The notes beneath the pieces were generated by a model that saw only the letters and a program-made list of their open reading frames with translations, ran no database searches and was not told where the DNA came from. A stretch of DNA of 64,000 nucleotides from Pelagibacteraceae bacterium AG-461-B04. Its GTDB lineage: Bacteria > Pseudomonadota > Alphaproteobacteria > Pelagibacterales > AG-422-B15. The position numbers were made by a program, and so were the translations under genes. Shown piece by piece: positions 18,776 to 26,879 of this stretch (its first letter is position 1; each line of letters begins with the position of its first letter). Location of the stretch: NCBI GenBank assembly GCA_003211835.1, contig QCRN01000006.1:2545-66544 (forward strand), in the 5' to 3' direction.

Positions 18776-20143
18776 ATGGCATATCTAAACAGAACTACTA
18801 AGCAATGGCAGGAGATTGACACCAAACACCACCTCCATCCCTTTACTGACTATAAGTCACTTGCTGAAGAGGGAAGTATCATTGTAACAAAGGCAGACGG
18901 TGTACACCTGACTACATCTGATGATAAGCAGCTATTGGATGCAATGTCTGGGCTTTGGTGTGTTAATGTGGGCTATGGCCGAAAAAATCTTGCTGAAGTT
19001 GCTTATAAGCAAATGCAAGAGCTTCCATATTATAATTCTTTTTTTAAAACTGCAACGCCACCATCAATCGAGCTAGCAAGAGAATTAGCAGAGTTAAGCC
19101 CTCATGATTTAAATCATGCATTCTTTTCATCAAGTGGTTCAGAAGCCAATGACACAGTTGTAAGAATGGTGAGAAGATATTGGGACCTAAAAGGTAAGCC
19201 ACGTAAGAAAACTTTTATCAGCAGAGAGTTTGCTTATCATGGTAGTACAATGACGGGCATGAGCCTTGGTGGGATGACTGCAATGCATGCGCAAGGCGAT
19301 ATGATGCCTGGTTTTGAACATGTCTTGCCACCTTATTGGTATAAATACGGAAACAAGATGTCTCATGAAGATTTTGGAATTTTTGCAGCAAATAAAATTG
19401 AAGAAAAGATCAATGAAATAGGTGCTGATAATGTAGCAGCATTTATTGGTGAGCCAATTCAAGGCGCTGGGGGTGTAATTATTCCTCCAGACACTTACTG
19501 GCCTAGAGTTCAAGAGATATGTAATCAGTATGATATTCTTCTTATAGTTGATGAAGTTATTTGTGGATTTGGAAGAACAGGTAATTGGTTCGGATCTGAC
19601 ACGTATAATATCAAACCCGATATCATCACAATGGCCAAAGGCATAACTTCAGGCTACATACCACTATCAGGCATCATGATTGGAGACCGTGTTAGTGATA
19701 CAATTATTAATGAAGGTGGAGAGTTTTATCACGGCTATACATATTCAGGTCATCCAGTAGCGTGCGCTGTAAGTCTTGAAAATCTGAGAGTTATTAAAGA
19801 AGAAAATCTTATTGAGCAATCACGTCAAGTATCAATCTATCTAGAGCAACAAATGCGCGAGATTGAAAAACATCCGCTAGTTGGAGAAGTCAGGATGAAA
19901 AGTTTTATTGGAGCTGTTGAATTAGTTAAAGATAAAGAAAAGATGGAAATGTTTGAAGATACAGGAGTTGTAGGAACAATATGTAGAGATTATTGTATTG
20001 AAAATGGCTTAGTAATGAGAGCGGTCAGAGATGGTATGATTTTCTGTCCACCTCTAATCTTTAATAACTCGCATGTAGATGAATTATGTGAAAAACTAAA
20101 AAAATCTTTAGATCAAACACATAATCATATTTCTAAATCGTAA
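18776..20143 (+). CDS. class-III (omega) aminotransferase, SpuC/putrescine- or beta-alanine-pyruvate transaminase-like
   Basis: 455 aa. HHLHPFTD, SGLWCVNVGYGR, DEVICGFGRTG and MAKGITSGY (PLP lysine) blocks. Confidence 0.85.
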   Translation: MAYLNRTTKQWQEIDTKHHLHPFTDYKSLAEEGSIIVTKADGVHLTTSDDKQLLDAMSGLWCVNVGYGRKNLAEVAYKQMQELPYYNSFFKTATPPSIELARELAELSPHDLNHAFFSSSGSEANDTVVRMVRRYWDLKGKPRKKTFISREFAYHGSTMTGMSLGGMTAMHAQGDMMPGFEHVLPPYWYKYGNKMSHEDFGIFAANKIEEKINEIGADNVAAFIGEPIQGAGGVIIPPDTYWPRVQEICNQYDILLIVDEVICGFGRTGNWFGSDTYNIKPDIITMAKGITSGYIPLSGIMIGDRVSDTIINEGGEFYHGYTYSGHPVACAVSLENLRVIKEENLIEQSRQVSIYLEQQMREIEKHPLVGEVRMKSFIGAVELVKDKEKMEMFEDTGVVGTICRDYCIENGLVMRAVRDGMIFCPPLIFNNSHVDELCEKLKKSLDQTHNHISKS

Positions 20144-20571
20144 CTATAGAACTCATTGTCCCTGATATATCCAAGTGACTCATAAAGAGATTGGCCAGGT
20201 ATATTAGCTTTATTTGTTGAAAGCTCTATGGAGCCAAATTTATTCTCAGTTGCATAATTTTTAGCAGCATCCATTAAAGACTTAGCTATACCTTTTCTTC
20301 TAAACTCTTCTCTTACAAATAAGTCGTATAGAACAATTTTTTTTCTTACATTCACTGAGTCAAAAGTTGGATATAATTGTGTAAAGCCTGCACAAGTACT
20401 ACCTTCTTTCTGAAAAAAGATGATTGACTCATTATTCTCAAGCCTCTGCTTGATATATTTTTGTGCAATTTCAACATTTGACTCCTGGCTATAAAAGACT
20501 CGGTACAAATTAAAAACCTCTCCGATCATATCAGAGTATTCTATGGTTGCTCTTTTAATATTTTCTGTCAT
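20125..20571 (-). CDS. GNAT-family N-acetyltransferase
   Basis: 148 aa. Acetyl-CoA motif A REEFRRKGIAKSLM. Confidence 0.8.
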   Translation of the reverse strand: MTENIKRATIEYSDMIGEVFNLYRVFYSQESNVEIAQKYIKQRLENNESIIFFQKEGSTCAGFTQLYPTFDSVNVRKKIVLYDLFVREEFRRKGIAKSLMDAAKNYATENKFGSIELSTNKANIPGQSLYESLGYIRDNEFYSYDLEI

Positions 20572-20572
20572 C

Positions 20573-21730
20573 TTAGTTTCTTATAGTTCTATAAATTGAA
20601 ATCATTAAGAAAATAAAAGTAAAAAATACAATTGTATATATAAAACCAAAAGGACCAAAAATATCCATAACTCTTCCCCCAATCAGTGGACCAATTAATG
20701 AACCACACTCAAAAACCATAACTAATATTGCCGTTGCACCTGCAACCTGTGAAGCGGTATATCTTTCCCCCAACATTGTGAGCGATATTGAGAATATACC
20801 ACTAGCTGCTCCTCCCCAAACAAAGCAGCTTAATGCCACTAAATAGAAGTTTCCTAAGAAAACACCTATAATTATTGGACAAACAAAAGTACAGAAGACA
20901 GCAATATTCATGAGCAGTCTCTTATTCATTCTATCAAGTAAAATACCAATTAGTGGTTGACATATGACACCACCAACTAAGGTAATAGTGACAAACTGAA
21001 GAGCAATGTCTTGTGAAAACTGGTTCTTAATCATAAAGATTGGAAAAAATGAAACGAACATAACATCGTCCAATCCACAGAGTATTGCTGCTCCAAAAAT
21101 AGTCGGTGCGGCTATAATCGTTGCTAAAACTGGAAGAGATTTTTTCTCAGGCAATTCTTGATCTGCTATATCAAGTGTTATGAGTGGGATAATTGCTATA
21201 AATGACATTGCCGCAATCACAATAAATGGAAGCCATCCTTCGATACCTGTTAAAGATATAACAAGAGGACCTATTGCAAGACCAATTATAAATACTGTAT
21301 TGTATATTGTGACTATTTTACCGCGATTTGAGTCATTAGCCATCGATAACATCCAAGTATCAAAAGCATTCCATGCAAGTGCTCCTGCAAATCCAATAAG
21401 GAAGCGTATAATGAACCACGCAGTTAAGCTTTCAAATATAGGAAAGGTAAAATATAAAATAATTGTAACTATTTGAGCAATGATAATTGATCTAGATAAC
21501 CCAATTGCATGAATAATGATTGGTGTAATTCTTACAAATAAAATTACTGCCAATGGTTGAGCTACAACATTTAATCCAATTTGTGTATTACTGAAGCCTC
21601 TTGACTCAAGTATTAATGATAATAAGGGAATAAGGGTACCAAGTTTTATGCCAATAATAAGAGCACATAAAAATAAAACAATATACGTTTTATAATTACT
21701 TCCAAGTATAGATTGAAAAGTTGAAATCAC
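20573..21730 (-). CDS. MFS transporter
   Basis: 385 aa, 12 hydrophobic helices. Sits between the TetR and GNAT genes with a 4-nt overlap and a 1-nt gap. Confidence 0.8.
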   Translation of the reverse strand: MISTFQSILGSNYKTYIVLFLCALIIGIKLGTLIPLLSLILESRGFSNTQIGLNVVAQPLAVILFVRITPIIIHAIGLSRSIIIAQIVTIILYFTFPIFESLTAWFIIRFLIGFAGALAWNAFDTWMLSMANDSNRGKIVTIYNTVFIIGLAIGPLVISLTGIEGWLPFIVIAAMSFIAIIPLITLDIADQELPEKKSLPVLATIIAAPTIFGAAILCGLDDVMFVSFFPIFMIKNQFSQDIALQFVTITLVGGVICQPLIGILLDRMNKRLLMNIAVFCTFVCPIIIGVFLGNFYLVALSCFVWGGAASGIFSISLTMLGERYTASQVAGATAILVMVFECGSLIGPLIGGRVMDIFGPFGFIYTIVFFTFIFLMISIYRTIRN

Positions 21731-22386
21731 ACAAACCGTTTTTCATCTGTATAAATATTTTTAAAGTATTTTTTTATTAGTCCTTTACAAAATACATGTG
21801 AGTACATTTTAGGATCAAATAAAATTCTTTGCCATAATCCGTCTACCATTGAAAGATAAGTTTCACTTATTTCTCTTGGCGTCAGAAAAGTCTGATCAGT
21901 TAAAAAATTTAATTCTTTAATTAACTTTTCCATCTGAGATGAATATATTTCATCTTGCTTTTGACAGATTGTTAAATAAGAAGGACGAAATTTTACTTCA
22001 CTATAAAACGATACCCAGACTGCAATTTTATTTCTACTTGCAATTTTACTACTAAAATCATTTTCAATTATTTTGATTACTCTTCCAACTGGATCTAAGT
22101 TATTATCTTCGAATATTCGTTGCCAAGAATTTTTATATTCATCTGATAGAAATTTTAGTGAACTAAGCAAAAGATTTTCTTTAGATTTAAATCTAAAATT
22201 TGCATAACCTTGTGATACCATTGCTTTCTTAGCTACTTGCGCAATCGTCGTGTCTGCGAGACCTCTTTTGGCTATAGTTTCAATTGTTGCGTCAATTAGT
22301 TTTTGATGATTGATTGAAAATTCCTGTTCTTTCAGTTGAGGATTACTAATTTTTTTGGGATTTATATTCATTAAAGAACCATACAC
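21727..22386 (-). CDS. TetR-family transcriptional regulator (N-terminal HTH looks BetI-like)
   Basis: 219 aa. HTH region LIDATIETIAKRGLADTTIAQVAKKAMVSQGYANFRFKSKENLL. Confidence 0.85.
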   Translation of the reverse strand: MYGSLMNINPKKISNPQLKEQEFSINHQKLIDATIETIAKRGLADTTIAQVAKKAMVSQGYANFRFKSKENLLLSSLKFLSDEYKNSWQRIFEDNNLDPVGRVIKIIENDFSSKIASRNKIAVWVSFYSEVKFRPSYLTICQKQDEIYSSQMEKLIKELNFLTDQTFLTPREISETYLSMVDGLWQRILFDPKMYSHVFCKGLIKKYFKNIYTDEKRFV

Positions 22387-22412
22387 AAAGTTTAATCATA
22401 ATGGTAGTTTTG

Positions 22413-22432
22413 TATTGAATAATCATTCAATA
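22413..22432. promoter_or_regulatory. palindromic operator in the divergent TetR / flavoprotein promoter region
   Basis: TATTGAAT-AATC-ATTCAATA, with perfect 8-bp arms. The TTGAAT in each arm can serve as a -35: + strand TTGAAT 22415-22420, N16, TATCAT 22437-22442; minus strand TTGAAT (complement of 22425-22430), N18, TACCAT (complement of 22401-22406). Confidence 0.6.
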
Positions 22433-22466
22433 TGGGTATCATATAAATTCAATATTCGTTCATTTT

Positions 22467-24095
22467 ATGCCAAAAAATACTCATGATGTAATTGTTGTAG
22501 GAGCCGGCCATAATGGCTTAACAGCGGCTAGTTATATGGCTAAAGCTGGGCTCGATGTTGTCGTTTTAGAAAAAAATGATTGGATTGGCGGTGCTGCAGT
22601 GAGCCGAGAACTGTACCCTGGATGGAAATATTCAAATTGTTCCTATGTTTGTAGTTTATTAAGACCTGAGATCATGCGTGACTTGGAACTTTATAAATAT
22701 GGACTTCAAATTATTCCTTATGAAGGCAGTGCAACGATGATGAAAAATGGAGATTATTATACTCATTATCATGATCATGATATGACCATCAACTCTATTA
22801 GACGTCATTCTCATAAAGATGCAGAAGCTTATGAAAGATATAGCCGCGATGTTCTTAGGCAATGTAAAATTATTAAGCCTCTTCTTAAAATGACGCCTCC
22901 TGACTTAACATCGTTCAAACCAAAAGATTTATTTGGAGCGCTGGAGTTTGCAAAGCATTTTGCTGCAAAAGATGAATTAGGTGGACTAGGAGAAAAAGAA
23001 ATTTATGACACAATTCGCTTCTATACGATGAGCATCAGAGATTACTTAGAAGAATATTTTGAAAGTGAAATTACCAAAGCTCACCTTGCTGGCAGCGCTA
23101 TTATTGGAACTGCTCTGGGCCCATGCTCACCAGGATCAGCTTATGTATTGTTGCATCATTACATGGGTGAAGTTGACGGATCAGTTGGTTCATGGGGATA
23201 TGCACGAGGTGGAATGGGATCTATTACTCAGGCAATGATGGGTTGTCTAAAAGATCATGGAGGAGAAGTAAAACCAAGCAGCGAAGTAACAAATGTTATT
23301 ACAAAAAATGGAAAAGCAATCGGTGTTGCTACACAAAATGGAGATGAATACTATGCTAAGAAAATAGTCTCCAACCTTGATGTCAAAAGAACTTTTTTAA
23401 AGATTACTGAAGAGAAGGACCTTCCAGATGATTTTGTACGAAGTGTTAAAAATTTTAAGATAAGGGGTTCATCTGGTAAATTAAATATAGCATTAGATGG
23501 CTTACCAGACTTTCCTTGTATTCCTGAAGGTGATCCAGGCGGTGGCGGAGACATGCATTTCACAGAAACGATAGAAGAGATGGAAGGAGCTTACGATGAT
23601 TGGAAAAGGGGAGAATGGTCTCGTAATCCATATGTTGATATGTGCATTCCATCAAAAAGTGACCCTACAATGGCTGAGCCAGGTAAACATTATATGTCTG
23701 TATTTATTCAGTATGTACCATTTAACCTTGCAAATGGTGGTTGGAATGAAGAGAGAAAGCAAGAATTTGGAAGACACATAGTTGATTGTATTGCAGAGTT
23801 TTCTCCTAACTTTAAAGACCTAATTAATCATTATGAGGTACGTACACCACTAGAATTAGAAAACGAAGTTGGTTTGACAGAAGGCAATATTTTTCAAGGA
23901 GAGTTGACCATGGACCAATTAATGTTCAATAGGCCAGTTCCAGGATATGCGCAGTATAGGACTCCATTAAAAAATATGTATATATGTAGCTCTTCAACAC
24001 ATCCAGGCGGAGGTGTAATGGGCGCACCAGGAGCTAACGCAGCTCGTGAAGTTCTATTAGACATGAACGTTCCACAAAAAGGAAATTATTATTAA
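22467..24095 (+). CDS. FAD-dependent oxidoreductase, CrtI/phytoene-desaturase / amine-oxidase superfamily (COG1233-like), copy 1
   Basis: 542 aa. Dinucleotide fold VIVVGAGHNGLTAASYMAKAGLDVVVLEKNDWIGGAA. C-terminal STHPGGGVMGAPGANAA. Confidence 0.8.
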   Translation: MPKNTHDVIVVGAGHNGLTAASYMAKAGLDVVVLEKNDWIGGAAVSRELYPGWKYSNCSYVCSLLRPEIMRDLELYKYGLQIIPYEGSATMMKNGDYYTHYHDHDMTINSIRRHSHKDAEAYERYSRDVLRQCKIIKPLLKMTPPDLTSFKPKDLFGALEFAKHFAAKDELGGLGEKEIYDTIRFYTMSIRDYLEEYFESEITKAHLAGSAIIGTALGPCSPGSAYVLLHHYMGEVDGSVGSWGYARGGMGSITQAMMGCLKDHGGEVKPSSEVTNVITKNGKAIGVATQNGDEYYAKKIVSNLDVKRTFLKITEEKDLPDDFVRSVKNFKIRGSSGKLNIALDGLPDFPCIPEGDPGGGGDMHFTETIEEMEGAYDDWKRGEWSRNPYVDMCIPSKSDPTMAEPGKHYMSVFIQYVPFNLANGGWNEERKQEFGRHIVDCIAEFSPNFKDLINHYEVRTPLELENEVGLTEGNIFQGELTMDQLMFNRPVPGYAQYRTPLKNMYICSSSTHPGGGVMGAPGANAAREVLLDMNVPQKGNYY

Positions 24096-25612
24096 TGCCT
24101 GGCAATTCGAGTTTTGATGCCATCATAATTGGTGGAGGTCATAATGGATTGGTATGCGCAAACATCCTTGCTAGAAAAAATAAAAGAGTATTAATCTGCG
24201 AAGCCCGAAAAGAATGTGGTGGTATGGTCAATAATGATATTACCAACTATGTACCTCCAGTAACATCTGCCGTTTCAAGCTCGATTGGTGGAATGCAAAT
24301 AAACTACGTACCAAAGACCACAATTGCCTTATCTGAAACTGGACAACACATACGACTAGTGGGCAATCAACACATTGATCATAAATCTATCTCAACATTT
24401 TCTTCTCATGATGCTGACCGGTTTAATGATTTTCATGAAAAAATGTCAAAATTCTCAAAAACTTTAGGTTCTTTCATGATGGCATCTCCTCCGCGAATAA
24501 TGAACAATAGTTTTTCTGACTATTTTAAACTCTTTAAGCTTGGATTGAATGTCAGGTTATTAGGAAAGAAAAATTTTAATGAGTTTGCCAGAATGATTGG
24601 CCTAAATATAGCTGATGAACTTGAAGACAATTTTGAAAATACACTACTTCAAGGATTGATAGCGCATGACTCGGTTATAGGTTCTAATTTAGGCCCGCGT
24701 TCACCAGGCTCTCTCATAAATTTATTGTATAGAATGGCTATCCATAACAATTCTTTATTCGGTGGTATATTCCAAATAGAGGGCGGCAATGATCAATTCA
24801 CTAAACATTTAATTGAAAAATGCAAAAGTAATAATGTAGAAATAAAAACTTCAGCTTCTGTTAAAAATTGTATTATTGAAAATGACTGCGCTGTAGGTAT
24901 TGAGCTAAACAATGGTGAAAAAATGTATGCTAAGAAAATTATTTCAAATGCAGATCCACGTTCAACATACTTTTCACTGCTCGGTTCTCAAAACCTTGAT
25001 ACTGACGTAAAGAGGAAAATAAAACACCATCGCTCCAAAGGAAGAGTTGCCAAACTCATTTTAGAGTTGGATAAGCTCCCTAGTTTTAACAATTGTGATG
25101 ACAATGATTTAGACAGCAGAATGGTTGTTGCGCCATCTATTGATTACATTGAAGAAACATATAATCCAAGCAAGTTTGATAAGCTTTCACTAGAGCCAAC
25201 ACTTGAGATATGTGTAAAAAAAGACTCTGATCAAAATCCAAAGTTAGATATTCAAGTGCAATATGCACCATATAAAACTCATCAAGGGTGGGAAAATGTA
25301 AAAGTAAATTATATTGAATCTATAATCAAAATCATTAGTAAATATGCTCCTAATATTAATGAATGCATTGAGCGTAAGAAATTACTAACCCCTGACGATA
25401 TTGAATCAGAATATAATGTATCAGGAGGGCACTGGCATCATGGTGAGATTCAAATTGATCAGCTTTTTATGATGCGCCCAATTCCAGGAGCCTCACAGTA
25501 TAAAACACATTTGGATGGTCTTTTTATGTGCGGTGCAGGGACACACCCAGGTGGCGGTTTAACCGGCATTTCAGGCAAAAATGCAGCTAAAGCAGTCTTG
25601 GATGATTTTTAA
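24095..25612 (+). CDS. FAD-dependent oxidoreductase, CrtI/amine-oxidase superfamily, copy 2 (paralogue of copy 1)
   Basis: 505 aa. AIIIGGGHNGLVCANILA...CGGM and C-terminal GTHPGGGLTGISGKNAA. TAATG overlap with copy 1. Confidence 0.8.
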   Translation: MPGNSSFDAIIIGGGHNGLVCANILARKNKRVLICEARKECGGMVNNDITNYVPPVTSAVSSSIGGMQINYVPKTTIALSETGQHIRLVGNQHIDHKSISTFSSHDADRFNDFHEKMSKFSKTLGSFMMASPPRIMNNSFSDYFKLFKLGLNVRLLGKKNFNEFARMIGLNIADELEDNFENTLLQGLIAHDSVIGSNLGPRSPGSLINLLYRMAIHNNSLFGGIFQIEGGNDQFTKHLIEKCKSNNVEIKTSASVKNCIIENDCAVGIELNNGEKMYAKKIISNADPRSTYFSLLGSQNLDTDVKRKIKHHRSKGRVAKLILELDKLPSFNNCDDNDLDSRMVVAPSIDYIEETYNPSKFDKLSLEPTLEICVKKDSDQNPKLDIQVQYAPYKTHQGWENVKVNYIESIIKIISKYAPNINECIERKKLLTPDDIESEYNVSGGHWHHGEIQIDQLFMMRPIPGASQYKTHLDGLFMCGAGTHPGGGLTGISGKNAAKAVLDDF

Positions 25613-26812
25613 ATGACGCAAGATCTTAGATATTCAGCTTTAAAGAAAACACCTTTTCATTCAAGAACCAGTTTGGCTTCGCGAACGAACAAATATTATA
25701 ACTGGAATGGATATACTGTGCCTACAGAATACTCAACTACCGAGCTTGAATATACAGCAGCAAGAAATGGAACATCAGTTATGGATCTAACCCCTATGGG
25801 CAAATATGAAATTATAGGAGATCATGCGCATCAATTTGTTGATTACTTAGTTACTAGAGATTTATCAAAAATGAAGGACAATACAGTAGCTTATATCATC
25901 TGGTGTAATGAAGATGGAAAGGTGATCGACGATGGTACTATTTTCAAATTTTCTTCAACAAAATTTATGCTTTGCTGTGCTGTTAAAATATATAACTGGC
26001 TTAATGACTCAGCTTATGGTTTTGATGTTACAATTACCGATGTGACAGATACAATTGCTGCACTAGCAATTCAAGGGCCAACATCCTGTTCAACTTTAAA
26101 AAAATTTGGAGCAACAGATCTTGAAACATTAAAACCTTTTGAAATGAGAGAATATAAGATTGATGGTTTCGATATTTTAATATCACGTACAGGATTTACA
26201 GGTGATTTGGGTTATGAATTGTGGACTGATCCAAAAAATGCAGAAACGACGTGGGACAATATTGAAATTGCTGGTAAGGAATTAAAATTAAGACCTTTTG
26301 GAATGTATGCACTCGAAATGACTAGGATTGAAGCAGGATTTATTCAAACCAATACAGACTTTATGGCTGCAGAAGACTCATTAAGGCCGACCAGAATGAG
26401 GTCACCTTATGAAATTGGAATGGGATGGCTTGTGCACTTAAACAAAAACTCATATTTTGTTGGAAAGAAAGCACTTAAAAAAGAAAAAGAAGAAAATTCT
26501 ACTGAAAGATGTTTAGTAGGTTTGGATATAGATGGAGATAAGCCAGCACATGGTTCTGTAATATATAACAGCAAAAAAGAGGATATTGGAATTGTAACTG
26601 CAGCTTTATGGTCTCCTATTATGAAAAAAAATATTGCACTTGCTTCACTCAAGAGACCGTACGGAATAAAAATAAAAGAAAACATATTTGCAGAAATTTA
26701 TCACCCTGAAGAACTTGAGTACCGAAAAATATGGGCACGATGTAAGGTAGTTAAAAGGCAATTTTTTAACCCTGAAAGAAGAAATAAGGTACCTGCAGAT
26801 CTATACGAATAG
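25613..26812 (+). CDS. aminomethyltransferase-family (GcvT-like) folate-binding protein
   Basis: 399 aa. TPFHSRT...NWNGYTVPTEY...EYTAARNGTSVMDLTPMGKYEI, ISRTGFTGDLGYELW and RIEAG blocks of the GcvT fold. The ATG follows the upstream stop with no gap. Confidence 0.8.
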   Translation: MTQDLRYSALKKTPFHSRTSLASRTNKYYNWNGYTVPTEYSTTELEYTAARNGTSVMDLTPMGKYEIIGDHAHQFVDYLVTRDLSKMKDNTVAYIIWCNEDGKVIDDGTIFKFSSTKFMLCCAVKIYNWLNDSAYGFDVTITDVTDTIAALAIQGPTSCSTLKKFGATDLETLKPFEMREYKIDGFDILISRTGFTGDLGYELWTDPKNAETTWDNIEIAGKELKLRPFGMYALEMTRIEAGFIQTNTDFMAAEDSLRPTRMRSPYEIGMGWLVHLNKNSYFVGKKALKKEKEENSTERCLVGLDIDGDKPAHGSVIYNSKKEDIGIVTAALWSPIMKKNIALASLKRPYGIKIKENIFAEIYHPEELEYRKIWARCKVVKRQFFNPERRNKVPADLYE

Positions 26813-26844
26813 CCAAAAAATAAGTATTTTAGAATAATTCAATT

Positions 26845-26862
26845 ATTGAACAGCTGTTCAAT
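26845..26862. promoter_or_regulatory. second copy of the operator, overlapping a sigma70 promoter
   Basis: ATTGAACAGCTGTTCAAT is a perfect 18-bp palindrome with the same arms as 22413..22432. TTGAAC (26846-26851), N17, TATAAT (26869-26874). The ATG at 26880 lies only 5 nt after the -10. Confidence 0.65.
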
Positions 26863-26879
26863 TTAGGCTATAATGATTC

